A program made the translations under genes and the position numbers. A stretch of 64,000 bases of DNA. Source: an uncultured delta proteobacterium. Its GTDB lineage: Bacteria; Desulfobacterota; Binatia; UBA9968. Below, piece by piece: positions 40,630 to 50,441 of the stretch; within the stretch, counting starts at the first letter, position 1, and the number at the start of each line of letters is the position of its first letter. A model generated the notes under the pieces. That model ran no database searches, was not told the origin of the DNA, and saw only the letters and a list, made by a program, of their open reading frames with translations. The stretch covers positions 96,001 through 160,000 of the forward strand of contig CAVTUQ010000028.1 of NCBI GenBank assembly GCA_963737905.1, in the 5' to 3' direction.

Positions 40630-41496
40630 TTAAAGCGCAAGCACTGCGCGAATCACCCCCTCGCAGACCTTCACCATAAAGTCGAGGTTCAAGGTCTCCA
40701 AAGCATCCATGGAACCGTGATAGTGCGGATTACGAAAGAAAGACGTGTCGGTCACCATCAGTGCTGGATAGCCGGCGTCCCAGAATGGGGAATGGTCGCT
40801 CAGGCGGACTGCTGGAATCAAACCTCCGTTGCCGGGCACTGACAGTGTCTCGACTGGCAGTCCTTGGACCTGGCGCATCTGCCGAGCAAACCGGCGCAGC
40901 AAAAAAGCCGATTTCCAATTCCCGATCACTCCGATAAAATCGCCCCGGTCGGGATAAAACGCTTTGAGCCCGAGCGGATACTTTTGGCTGCCCGGCCTTG
41001 CGTCCGTGTACCCGACCATTTCTAAAGATATCATGGCATCCACCTTCGCTCCCGCTGATTTCAGCTTTTTGGCAAAATAGCTGCTGCCGATCATATTGAG
41101 CTCTTCGAGATTAAAAGCACAAAACAGTACCTGCGAACCTCCTCTGGCGCGTGCAAGCAGCCTCGCTGCTTCCAGGAGAACCGCGACACCGCTAGCGTTG
41201 TCATCGGCGCCCGGCGTGCCTTGAACCGAATCGAAATGGGCTCCCAAAATAATTGAAGAGCCGCCGCGTTGAGCGCCCTGGCGGCCAATGATGTTGCGAA
41301 ACTTCTTTCCGCGGTACGAAAAAAAATCGCTTTCCACCTTGAGACCGTAGCTTCCCAGTTCCTTTTCGATAAAGCTTTCGACTGCCGTTAAATGGCGCTG
41401 GCCGCTAAACGGGTTTCTCTCGCCGACGATCGCCTCCAAGGTCCGGCGCAACCGCAGTGGATCGACCCTGATTTCAATATTCGACAATGCCATCAA
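40630..41496 (-). CDS. M28 family peptidase
   Basis: GAHFDS, PGADDNASG, NLEE, LEMVG, SDH and HYH. Confidence 0.9.
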   Translation of the reverse strand: MMALSNIEIRVDPLRLRRTLEAIVGERNPFSGQRHLTAVESFIEKELGSYGLKVESDFFSYRGKKFRNIIGRQGAQRGGSSIILGAHFDSVQGTPGADDNASGVAVLLEAARLLARARGGSQVLFCAFNLEELNMIGSSYFAKKLKSAGAKVDAMISLEMVGYTDARPGSQKYPLGLKAFYPDRGDFIGVIGNWKSAFLLRRFARQMRQVQGLPVETLSVPGNGGLIPAVRLSDHSPFWDAGYPALMVTDTSFFRNPHYHGSMDALETLNLDFMVKVCEGVIRAVLAL

Positions 41497-41614
41497 TTAT
41501 TCAGTCTAAAACAGAGCGTATCTTCGCGCCAGCAGAGTCTAGCGAATCTTTGATCGTCGTAGGTCATACGCGCTTGCGCTGACATGTGACCGATTATGTG
41601 GTACGAGGTAGACG

Positions 41615-42889
41615 ATGCGTCTTGAAATGGGTCTGGTGCATATTAGGGATGTGCGCTTCGGTTCGCGAACGGTCATCGACGACCATGTCTTGTTCATCGA
41701 TCGTCAGGAACTAGTCGCTCTTTTGGCTCAAGAACCGCTCTTTGACAGCGTGGAAATCGATCTCGCGCACCCCGGAGAGTCCTGCCGGATTATCCGGGTG
41801 CTGGATGTCCTGGAGCCTCGCTACCGATTGAATGGCCCCAATTTTCCCGGTGCTCTCGAAGAGATGGGTCTCGTCGGAGAGGGACAGACCCGCGCATTGA
41901 AAAACCTGTGTGTAATCGAGACCACCGCCGACCAAGCCCGCGGCAGAAACATCATCGATATGAGCGGGCCGGCGACGGACTATTCCCCTTTCGGCGCCAC
42001 ACACAACGTCGTGCTCATCCCACACGCGGCTCAAGGTGCCGATGTTGATGAGTATCGTCTCGCAGTTAAAAAAGCCGGGCTGCGAGCATCGGTCTACTTG
42101 GCAGCGGCCGCAAAGGAAATGGCTGCCGACGAAACCGAATTCTACGAGCTATCGCCCACTGCCTTTAACAGCGGGCCGAAGGAATTACCGCGCATCGGCT
42201 ACATTTTTCCCATCCATTCGCAGCAACATCCGACACATCAGAAGGAGACGGTTTTTTACGGCAGCAACATTCAGGGATTCCTGCCGACGATCGTCCATCC
42301 AAATGAAATCCTCGACGGGGCGCTCATGTTTTCTTATTCCGCCTTCACCTATTTCGCTCAGAACCATCCCGTCATCCGAGAACTCTACAGGCGGCACCAG
42401 CGCGACCTCTGGTTTGCCGGCGTCGTCGTCACCGTCGCCCCGGTTACGATCGTAGAGAAGGAACGTAACGCCCACCTTGCGGCGCGTCTAGCCAGCGAGG
42501 TTTTAGGCGCTAATGGGGTGATCGCGACCAAGATCGGCGGCGGCGCCGTGGATACCGATCTAATGATGATCTATGAGCGCTGTGAGGAAATGGGGTTGAA
42601 GGCCGCCCTTATCATTATGGAACGCTACCCTGACACCGGGATCACTTTTGTGCCGGGCAACGTCGATGCGCTTGTGACACCGGGACTGACCCGGGATGCG
42701 ATTACCTTGCCGCCTGTCGAACGAGTCATCGGTGGCGATACGTTATTCTTGGATAGTGCCAACCCGGACAATACCAACCCGGGGATCCCTCCCCTGCCGG
42801 CAAACCAAGAGCTGAGGCTCTGGGTCGGGGACATTGTCGGTGCCATTAGCCAAGTAGGAGCTTCCCGGCTAATCACCTATACCGGTTGA
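41615..42889 (+). CDS. Glycine/sarcosine/betaine reductase component B subunit (GrdE/GrdI-like)
   Basis: MRLEMG.VHIRDVRFG, PGES.RII.V.DV.EPR, IIDMSGP..YSPF, HPNEILDGA, NHPVI.ELY and DTDLM. Confidence 0.85.
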   Translation: MRLEMGLVHIRDVRFGSRTVIDDHVLFIDRQELVALLAQEPLFDSVEIDLAHPGESCRIIRVLDVLEPRYRLNGPNFPGALEEMGLVGEGQTRALKNLCVIETTADQARGRNIIDMSGPATDYSPFGATHNVVLIPHAAQGADVDEYRLAVKKAGLRASVYLAAAAKEMAADETEFYELSPTAFNSGPKELPRIGYIFPIHSQQHPTHQKETVFYGSNIQGFLPTIVHPNEILDGALMFSYSAFTYFAQNHPVIRELYRRHQRDLWFAGVVVTVAPVTIVEKERNAHLAARLASEVLGANGVIATKIGGGAVDTDLMMIYERCEEMGLKAALIIMERYPDTGITFVPGNVDALVTPGLTRDAITLPPVERVIGGDTLFLDSANPDNTNPGIPPLPANQELRLWVGDIVGAISQVGASRLITYTG

Positions 42890-42915
42890 TTAAGCGTCGG
42901 GCTCTGGAGGTCTTC

Positions 42916-44212
42916 ATGGCCGAAAAAATTCGCGTCGTTCACTACCTGAACCAGTTTTTCGCGCAGATCGGCGGGGAAGAAAAAGCCGATATCGGTCCCG
43001 GATTCAAAGAGGGTCCTACCGGACCCGGTCGTGCGCTACAGCAGATATTGGCGCAGCATGGCGAAGTCGTGGCCACCGTCTTTTGCGGCGACAACTACTT
43101 TGCCGAACATTCGGAAGAAGCTAAAAAAGAGTTGCTTCGCCAAATGGCGCGTTGCAAACCCCAGCTGCTGATCGCCGGACCCGCTTTCGAAAGCGGACGC
43201 TATGGCGTTGCTTGCGGCGCGATCTGCCAGGCGGCTCAAGAGCAACTCGGAATTCATGTCGTGGCCGGCATGGATGACGAGAACGCTGGAGCCGCCCTGT
43301 ATTGCAAGCACGTCTACATTATCAACTCGGGCGATTCAGTCGTGCGCATGCTCCCGGCTCTCCAGCGGATGGTTTCGCTGGGACTTAAATTGGTGCAGGG
43401 CGCACGGGTAGGAAGGCCGGAGGAAGAAGGCTATATTCCGCGCGGCATCAAGCGCAACGCATTCGCCGCCAAGCCTCCCGCAGAGCGCGCCGTGGATATG
43501 CTCCTGGCAAAAATTCGCGGCGAGCCGTTCAAGTCAGAAATTGCGGCGCCGCAATTTCATCACATCAAACCGGCGGCAGCGCTTCGCGACCTGTCGTCGG
43601 CGGTTATTGCGTTGGTCACCGACGGTGGGCTCGTGACCGAGGGCAATCCGGAACGGATGGAGCCGGGCCGCCCTACTCGCTTCACGACTATTCCCATCGA
43701 AGGGGTAGATCGTCTGGACCCAAAAGAATTCGATGTCGTTCATTCCGGCTACGACACGGCCTTCGCCAATCAAGATCCCCATCGAGTGGTGCCTCTGGAT
43801 GTCATGCGCGAGTTGGAGCAGACAAGGAATCATCGGCAAGCTCCATGAATCCATCCACGCCACCGGCGGTGCCCATGCGGCCGTGGAGAATGCGACGCAC
43901 ATCGGCCAGAGCATCGCCGAGCGGCTGAAATCCGCCGGCGTTAACGGCGTCATCCTCACTTCGACTTGAGGCTCGAGCACTCGCTGCGGCGCAGCGATCA
44001 GCAAAGAAATCGAACGACTTAATATTCCCGTGGTGCAGATTTGCACCATGATACCGGTGGCGAAAGAAGTGGGTTCGCTCCGCGCCATGGCCTCCGGCGG
44101 CATCGTCAGCCCTACCGGGAATCCGGAGCTGGCACCGGAAAAGGAAAAAGAGTTCCGGCGGGATCTCGTCTTGCGCGCTTTGCAAATTTTAAAAGAGGAT
44201 GTTCGCGAGTGA
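42916..44212 (+). CDS. grdB: Glycine/betaine/sarcosine reductase selenoprotein B (Sec at TGA 43967-43969, +1 indel at ~43820)
   Basis: RVVHYLNQFFAQIGGEEKAD, CGDNYF, AGPAF.SGRYG.ACG, ILTST-TGA-GSSTRCG, then KEIER..IPVVQI and P.G.PEL. Confidence 0.85.
43970..43997 (+). promoter_or_regulatory. Bacterial SECIS hairpin
   Basis: Perfect stem TCGCTGC/GCAGCGA with a GGC loop starting 18 nt after the UGA. Confidence 0.75.
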
Positions 44213-44240
44213 AGCTCTCAGATCTGCAATGCAAAGGAGC

Positions 44241-44663
44241 ATGTCTATGGCTATCAATGGAATTCGTTTCACACACGTCGCGTTCCGTGCGGCCGATCTA
44301 GACCGCAGTATCCGCTGGTATGAGGATGCCTTCGGCGCTAAAAAAGTTTTCCACGCAAAGCAGGAAGGCGACCGACCCGAACTGTTGTTCCTGGAGTTTT
44401 CCAAGGGACAGTTTATCGAGCTGTTCACCAATGGCAAAACCAAGGTGGACCAACCGCGTGATGCGATCGGCTATCAGCACTTCTGTTTGCTTGTGGAGGA
44501 TTTGGAACAAGCGCTACAGCACTTGGCCGGTATGAACGTGCATCCACATCGGGGGCCGTTCGCGGGCCGCGCCCAATACCGCATCGCTTTTATTTCCGAC
44601 CCGGACGGCAACATCATCGAACTAATGCAAATGCAGCCCGAGTCACCCCTGTACCGGGAATAG
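44241..44663 (+). CDS. VOC/glyoxalase family protein
   Basis: HVAFRAADLDRSIRWY, IELF, QHFCL.V.D and FISDPDGNIIEL. Confidence 0.9.
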   Translation: MSMAINGIRFTHVAFRAADLDRSIRWYEDAFGAKKVFHAKQEGDRPELLFLEFSKGQFIELFTNGKTKVDQPRDAIGYQHFCLLVEDLEQALQHLAGMNVHPHRGPFAGRAQYRIAFISDPDGNIIELMQMQPESPLYRE

Positions 44664-44836
44664 AGTAAGCCTGCTTGGGAAAGCGAGATTCAAGCAGCAT
44701 CCGTATTAGACGCACCCATCAGTACCAGATCGTGGTTGCCCGTGGTTTAGGCAACGTTTTGGTTACAAACTATGCACTTGAAATAAACAAAGGAAACAAA
44801 TCCAGCGTTTTCAAACTATTTTTTCGGTCCTGTCAT

Positions 44837-44851
44837 TGGCATATCGCTTGC
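44837..44851 (+). promoter_or_regulatory. Sigma54 promoter of the ompA-like gene
   Basis: TGGCATATCGCTTGC. Confidence 0.65.
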
Positions 44852-44981
44852 TCAAATTTAACTTGAAACCTTAACAGGCAGAGTCAACGGTTCGTCAAAA
44901 TCGTTTTCGCATGATTGCATCCGGTGTGGATGCTTCAACGATTGCTTCGGCTATCTATCCGTTGGAGGGAATAGAGCAATA

Positions 44982-45686
44982 ATGGCAAAAAACCATATAC
45001 TTGCTTTGGCGACGTTTGCGTTACTAATGAATGGTTGCGCCAATATGAACTACAAACAGCAGGCAGCCTTGAAAGGTGCCGCGGCGGGTACGCTTATCGG
45101 TGGCGGTATCGGGGGAGGCGTCGCAGCCACCCAAGATGGTAAGAATCGTTTCGCAATAGGAGGCCCCGTCGGCGCCACCACGGGTGCAATAATCGGTGGT
45201 TTGTTGGGATATTGGCTGGCTGAAGAGCCGAAACCTCCACCGTCTCCTCCTCCGCCACCACCACCTCCTCCTCCGCCTCCGCCAGCTCCAAAACCGAAGC
45301 CGGCGCCGCCGCCGCCACCTCCACCGCCGCCACCGGCGCCGAAGGTTGAGCGGACGATCATCCTGGATGACGTGTTGTTCGACTTTGACAAGAGCACGAT
45401 CAAACCCGAAGCGGCGCAGATTCTCGATCGGCTGGTAGCGTTCATGAACGAAAACAAAGGTTCGAAGGTCGCCCTAGCGGGTTTTACGGACAACATCGGG
45501 ACGGAAGCCTACAATATGGGTCTATCGAATCGGCGTTGGATGTCGGTTAGGGATTACGTAGTGAAGAAGGGTGTGGACGCCGGCCGGGTCTCAGGTCAGG
45601 GGTTCGGCGAAACCAAACCGATAGCTGATAACAAGACTAAAGAAGGCCGGGCGAAGAATCGACGGGTCGAAATCAAGGTTCAATAG
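44982..45686 (+). CDS. OmpA-family lipoprotein with glycine zipper and poly-Pro linker
   Basis: Lipobox MNGC, Gly-zipper, Pro tract, VLFDFDKS..NRRVEI. Confidence 0.92.
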   Translation: MAKNHILALATFALLMNGCANMNYKQQAALKGAAAGTLIGGGIGGGVAATQDGKNRFAIGGPVGATTGAIIGGLLGYWLAEEPKPPPSPPPPPPPPPPPPPAPKPKPAPPPPPPPPPPAPKVERTIILDDVLFDFDKSTIKPEAAQILDRLVAFMNENKGSKVALAGFTDNIGTEAYNMGLSNRRWMSVRDYVVKKGVDAGRVSGQGFGETKPIADNKTKEGRAKNRRVEIKVQ

Positions 45687-45689
45687 AGA

Positions 45690-45720
45690 GTAGGGGGCAG
45701 GCTTCAAACCTGCCCCCTAC
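45690..45720. terminator. GTAG-type REP palindrome / bidirectional terminator between convergent genes
   Basis: GTAGGGGGCAGG-cttcaaa-CCTGCCCCCTAC, a perfect 12-bp inverted repeat. Confidence 0.75.
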
Positions 45721-45726
45721 TGAAAG

Positions 45727-46539
45727 CTAGTCCGAAATATCCAACAGCACGCCATCCGGATCGGCTAATACGTGCTTCCCGATGGGGCAAGCTTGCAGGT
45801 CTTTCTCAAGCTCGCCGCCTTGCATTCCGACGGCGATTTTTTTCGGGGCGGATTCGGGAAAAGCCGTCGCGATTTCGTCCAGGTCTTTCTTGGTTTTTTC
45901 TACGCTCTCCACTTTAAAGCCGATATGATCGAACCCCTGCCTTAAGCCTCGATAAAAACCGTCATGGCAGCGGCGGATCACAAGACGAACTTTGCCGTCG
46001 GTGACTGTGATCGCTCCGTCCGCAGCTTTCTCTGGCATCTCTTCGAGCTCTAGAATTGTCGTGTAAAACTCTGCTACCTCATCCGGTTCTCGGGCACGAA
46101 GCGCAATGTGGTTGAGCCATCGCGGTTGTTCCCAGCCATCCTTCAGATATCCCTCTCGAACATTGGACATCCCTTTCTGTGAAAGGTCGAATTGAGTTCC
46201 GGTAGGATCCTGAGCTCTGATACCCGCGAACGGAACGTAGCTCAGCGCTTTTGTAAATAACAGTTCGGGGTACTTCTGTTTGATCCTGTCCAGCACCTCC
46301 TTGACGTCCTCGCATTCGAAGCCGAAGTGGTCGAGGCCTTGCTGGCTTCCCGGCCGCTTGGTTAACAGGGCCATGCCGATAACGCCGTCGCTAATATGTC
46401 CCCGGTTCGGATTGTGTTGGCCCGTCTCATCTACCAATCCGGTCGTGATCTGCTTCATTCCGAAAATGGTCTGGTAGAACTTAGCCATGGTATCGTAACG
46501 TTCCGTGTGAGCGGCGACATGTCTGATCTTTGCAAACAT
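45727..46539 (-). CDS. Two-domain VOC family protein
   Basis: IRHVA, GLDHFGF, DPTG, NHIAL, DHIGFKV and DPDG. Confidence 0.85.
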   Translation of the reverse strand: MFAKIRHVAAHTERYDTMAKFYQTIFGMKQITTGLVDETGQHNPNRGHISDGVIGMALLTKRPGSQQGLDHFGFECEDVKEVLDRIKQKYPELLFTKALSYVPFAGIRAQDPTGTQFDLSQKGMSNVREGYLKDGWEQPRWLNHIALRAREPDEVAEFYTTILELEEMPEKAADGAITVTDGKVRLVIRRCHDGFYRGLRQGFDHIGFKVESVEKTKKDLDEIATAFPESAPKKIAVGMQGGELEKDLQACPIGKHVLADPDGVLLDISD

Positions 46540-46622
46540 AGGAAGGCTCCTTTCTCCTGCGAGGATTGAATCCTGTTCTAGGTCAACCCCTCAACCTTGT
46601 CAAGCTACACCGGGAGGGAATC

Positions 46623-46697
46623 CTGGAGTGGTGGAGTAATCGAGTGCCGCGTTGAGAACCCAATATTCCAATACTCCCGTACTCCAACACTCCAGTC
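46623..46697. repeat. Octamer tandem/inverted array (GGAGTRRT / ACTCCA)
   Basis: tggagtggtggagtaatcgagt ... ccaatattccaatactcccgtactccaacactcca, with similar units at 57757-57790. Confidence 0.65.
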
Positions 46698-46789
46698 CGC
46701 TAGATTGACGCAGCTTGGGCACCTTGCTACGCTCGGCGCCTACACAGAAGCGATATCGGGCCCGTGGCGGATCGAGGGAGGATAGGACC

Positions 46790-47755
46790 ATGCAGAAGAC
46801 AGTCGCTGGTATTTGTACGCTGTTTTTTTTAATCCTCGCCTCTTCGCCCGCCCTGTCGCAGCTCAAAAAGATACGGTTTTCGACGACCTCCATCGCCGTC
46901 ACCGAGTTGCAATTCAGGATAGCCCATCTCAAAGGCTTTTATCGCGAGGAAGGACTGGATCTCGAAACGCTCCTCATACGAGGATCGGTGGGGATGCAGG
47001 CGCTTATCGGCGGCTCGGTGGACTACGCATCGGCCGCCGGATCGATCATCGCCGCCGCTGTTCGCGGCGCTCCGGTGAGGCTGGTCCTGATCGTCAACTC
47101 CAAGCCGCAGTTCGACCTCGTAGCCCAGCCCGAAATAAAATCGGTTCAGCAACTCAAAGGTAAGGTCATCGGCATCTCCTCCCGCGGCGGAGCGGTGGAC
47201 CTGCTGACGCAACTCATCCTCACCCATCATGGTGTCACGCCGAACAAAGACGCAACCCTGATCGTCATAGGTACTCCCGAGGAGCTCGCGACGGCGCTCA
47301 GGACCGGGCACATTGCCGCATGTCTGCTCAGTCCGCCGAGACAGCTGATCCTCTACCGCGAAGGCTTCAGCAAGCTCGCTTATTCAGGGGACTACCTGAC
47401 CAGTTATCCGTCGGGAGGCATCGGGGCAACGGAAGAAAAGCTCAGGACCCATCCCGCGGAAGTCTTCGCCTTTGTCAGAGCCAGCCTTAAAGGACTTCAA
47501 TACTATACGCAAAATCGCGCAGAGTCCGTTGACAACATTTCAAAGTATCTCGGCATCAAGGACCCTTCATTGGCCGGAGAGGTCTACGACCTCCATGTGA
47601 GCCGTCTAGGGGGCTTTAACTATTTGGATGAAGCCTGGATGCGCGGCGCCATCGATTTTACCAAGAAAAGCTTAGGAGTCACCAAAGACGTGGCCCCGAG
47701 CCAAGTGTTTGATTTTAGTTTTGTGGAAAAAGCCCTGGCGCAAACCAAAAAATAA
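46790..47755 (+). CDS. NitT/TauT-type ABC substrate-binding protein
   Basis: GFYREEGLDLE, ALIGGSVDY, LKGKVIGIS and GGAGG RBS. Confidence 0.85.
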   Translation: MQKTVAGICTLFFLILASSPALSQLKKIRFSTTSIAVTELQFRIAHLKGFYREEGLDLETLLIRGSVGMQALIGGSVDYASAAGSIIAAAVRGAPVRLVLIVNSKPQFDLVAQPEIKSVQQLKGKVIGISSRGGAVDLLTQLILTHHGVTPNKDATLIVIGTPEELATALRTGHIAACLLSPPRQLILYREGFSKLAYSGDYLTSYPSGGIGATEEKLRTHPAEVFAFVRASLKGLQYYTQNRAESVDNISKYLGIKDPSLAGEVYDLHVSRLGGFNYLDEAWMRGAIDFTKKSLGVTKDVAPSQVFDFSFVEKALAQTKK

Positions 47756-47802
47756 TTGGCTTTTGCTATCAACGAATCTGCTGGCGTACAGCCGTTAGCC
47801 GG

Positions 47803-48882
47803 TCAATACGGCTCGAAACTGCGTAGTACGGGAAGGACTTCGGTGCCAAAGAGCCTGATGGAGCGCATCAAGTCTGCTTCGGCGATGTCGCCGATATTGA
47901 ACTCGCCAAGCACGGTGTTAAACAAACCCTCCGCTGCGGCTGCTTTGATTTTTTCCGTCACGGTTTTGGGCGATCCGACGAAAGCGAGATTGTGCTCCAG
48001 TAAATAGTCGAGATTGACGGCGTTCCTGGCGATTTCGGCTCCTCCCGGATCGCCGCGCTTGGCGAAGTTTTCGGCCAGCCTCAGATACCCGATTCCGCCG
48101 TCGGCCCGGGTACCGAAGACTTTGGTAAAACAGTGCGTGAAATACGGCTTCGCCTTCGCCACAGCCTTCTCATCGGTTTCGTCCACGTAGACTAGCACCC
48201 AGTAACCAATGTTGGGTTTTCCCGTGTGCCCTGCGTGATTCCATCGCATCAAGTATTCTCGGTAGCGGGGCGCGACCTCGTGCCGCGGCACCAGGAAGAG
48301 ATAACCCGTGTGGACTCCCTCTTGAGCCAGGATCGCCAAAGTATCCGGATCGCGGGATTGCATCCAAAGCGGCGGATGGGGACTTTGCACGGGCTTCACG
48401 GAAAGCGTGAGGTTTTCGTATTTGTGGAAAGGTCCCTCGAAGCTCAACGGTCCTGTCGTGGAAAAAGCCTGCTTGACGAAAGCTAAAGTCTCATTCGCCA
48501 AAGCCCTGCGGTTCTTGAAGTCCGCGCGATAGGGGCCGAAAAAGTCAGGCACGATGCCCGAAACAAGGCCAAGCTCCAAGCGCCCGTTCAGAACGTTGTC
48601 CAAGACCGCGGCATCCTCAGCGATTCGCAAGGGATCGTAAAGCGGGACGACAAAACCCATGGGTCCATGCCGCATCTTGCGGGTGCGCGCTGCCGCGCCG
48701 GCGCAATAGATCGCCGGCGAGGGCATCCAGCTTTCGTTGGGGTTGAAGTGATGCTCGACGGTGAAACCAAAATCAAAACCGAGCTCGTCGCAGGTTGCCA
48801 GCTCGCGCCATAGTTGTTCGTATCGCTGTGCCGCGGTCATGCCGGGTTTGTTCCATACATGAGAGAAGTGCGCGAATTTCAT
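47803..48882 (-). CDS. LLM-class flavin-dependent oxidoreductase
   Basis: VEHHF, PLRIAED.A.LD...GRLELG, KPVQSPHPPLW and VGSP. Confidence 0.9.
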   Translation of the reverse strand: MKFAHFSHVWNKPGMTAAQRYEQLWRELATCDELGFDFGFTVEHHFNPNESWMPSPAIYCAGAAARTRKMRHGPMGFVVPLYDPLRIAEDAAVLDNVLNGRLELGLVSGIVPDFFGPYRADFKNRRALANETLAFVKQAFSTTGPLSFEGPFHKYENLTLSVKPVQSPHPPLWMQSRDPDTLAILAQEGVHTGYLFLVPRHEVAPRYREYLMRWNHAGHTGKPNIGYWVLVYVDETDEKAVAKAKPYFTHCFTKVFGTRADGGIGYLRLAENFAKRGDPGGAEIARNAVNLDYLLEHNLAFVGSPKTVTEKIKAAAAEGLFNTVLGEFNIGDIAEADLMRSIRLFGTEVLPVLRSFEPY

Positions 48883-49122
48883 CCAACTTCCTCCGAAGTG
48901 CCGCGCCGAGTGGCGACGGGCAATTGCCCGACCTGGTCGATCCTTTTGCTTGCGCGAACATATAGCAAAAGCCTTCAACCTGCCACCCTTGCCTGATTGA
49001 TCGCAGCTGCAGTGTCGTACCCGCTTCGGACATTCACCTTTGTGCGCGGATGCCAACAACAGTCTTGGGGGTAATCCACGGCCGGACTTGAAGACATTTC
49101 GAGCTCGCGCTCTAATAACATC

Positions 49123-50376
49123 ATGGCTGAGGCGAACGAGACGAGACGCGACAACCTCGTCGCGCATTGTTGCATCGCCGGTGGCGGGCCGGCGGGCATC
49201 ATGCTGGGCTTTCTCCTTGCCCGCGCCGGTATCGAAGTCATCGTTCTAGAAAAACATGCCGATTTCTTACGCGACTTTCGCGGCGATACGATTCATCCTT
49301 CGACGCTTGAAATCATGCATGAGCTTGGTTTGCTCGATGACTTCCTCAAGTTGCCGCACCAAGAAGTTTACGAGCTGCGCGCTCAGATCGGCGACACAAG
49401 ACTTACCTTGGCCGATTTTACCCACTTACCCACTCGCTGCCGCTTTATCGCTTTTATGCCGCAGTGGAATTTTCTCGACTTTCTGGCCGATCATGCCCGC
49501 CGCTATCCAACGTTCCGTTTGTTAATGCAAGCCGAGGTGACCGACATTATCGAAGATTCGCAACGTGTGGTTGGACTGCGGGCGAAGACAGCGACAGGCC
49601 CACTGGAAGTGCGCGCGGATCTTGTGGTGGCGGCCGATGGTCGCCAATCTATCCTCCGGGAGAAGGCCGGTCTGCCATTGAAAGAGTTTGGCGCGCCTAT
49701 GGACGTGCTGTGGTTTCGCCTTCCACGCAAGCCGGACCATCCCGCGCAAACTATGGCACGCTTCGACACCGGCCGCATCTTTATCATGATCAACCGGGGT
49801 GATTACTGGCAGTGCGGTTACGTTATTCCGAAGGGCCAGTTCGACGAAATTCGCAAGCAAGGGATTGACTCTTTTCGCGAAAAAGTCGTCCAACTCGCGC
49901 CCTACGCCAAAGACACGGTAAGCGAAATCAAGCGATGGGACGATATCAGGCTTCTGACCGTGCGCGTCGACCGGCTCTCCCAATGGTTTCGCCCGGGTTT
50001 GCTCTGTATCGGGGATGCTGCGCACGCGATGTCGCCCGTCGGCGGCGTCGGCATCAACCTCGCTATCCAGGACGCAGTGGCCGCGGCCAACGCGCTTGCT
50101 GAACCGCTGCGCAACCGACAGGTAACGATTGACGAACTGCGACGGATTCAAAAAAGGCGCGAGTTTCCCACCCGGGTAACTCAATGGCTACAAGTGACAA
50201 TGCAGCGCAGGGTGATTGCGCCCGTACTGGGCTCGGTGAAACGGGTGAAACCACCGTTGTTGCTTCGACTGATCACCGCCATTCCCTTCCTTCGGCGCAT
50301 TCCTGCTCATGTAATCGGCATCGGCGTCCGGCCGGAACATATAAAGGTAAGTGAAATTCCACGTGACTCAGTTTAG
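49123..50376 (+). CDS. FAD-dependent monooxygenase (UbiH-like)
   Basis: GGGPAG, ADG.S and GDAAHAMSP.GG.GINLAIQDA. Confidence 0.9.
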   Translation: MAEANETRRDNLVAHCCIAGGGPAGIMLGFLLARAGIEVIVLEKHADFLRDFRGDTIHPSTLEIMHELGLLDDFLKLPHQEVYELRAQIGDTRLTLADFTHLPTRCRFIAFMPQWNFLDFLADHARRYPTFRLLMQAEVTDIIEDSQRVVGLRAKTATGPLEVRADLVVAADGRQSILREKAGLPLKEFGAPMDVLWFRLPRKPDHPAQTMARFDTGRIFIMINRGDYWQCGYVIPKGQFDEIRKQGIDSFREKVVQLAPYAKDTVSEIKRWDDIRLLTVRVDRLSQWFRPGLLCIGDAAHAMSPVGGVGINLAIQDAVAAANALAEPLRNRQVTIDELRRIQKRREFPTRVTQWLQVTMQRRVIAPVLGSVKRVKPPLLLRLITAIPFLRRIPAHVIGIGVRPEHIKVSEIPRDSV

Positions 50377-50411
50377 AAAATTGACGGCAAACCATTTAGC
50401 CTCGGTTTCAT

Positions 50412-50426
50412 TGGCATAGAGATTGC
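50412..50426 (+). promoter_or_regulatory. Sigma54 promoter of the HAD gene (near-leaderless)
   Basis: TGGCATAGAGATTGC ending 15 nt before the ATG. Confidence 0.65.
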
Positions 50427-50441
50427 GGCTCATTAGCAGCC

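Noticed and set aside
43810-43830. Programmed frameshift in grdB
   Set aside because: No slippery sequence is present, and one extra C explains it, like the other indels in the window.
45050-45496. Poly-Gly ORF on the minus strand
   Set aside because: Reverse complement of the poly-Pro linker of the OmpA protein.
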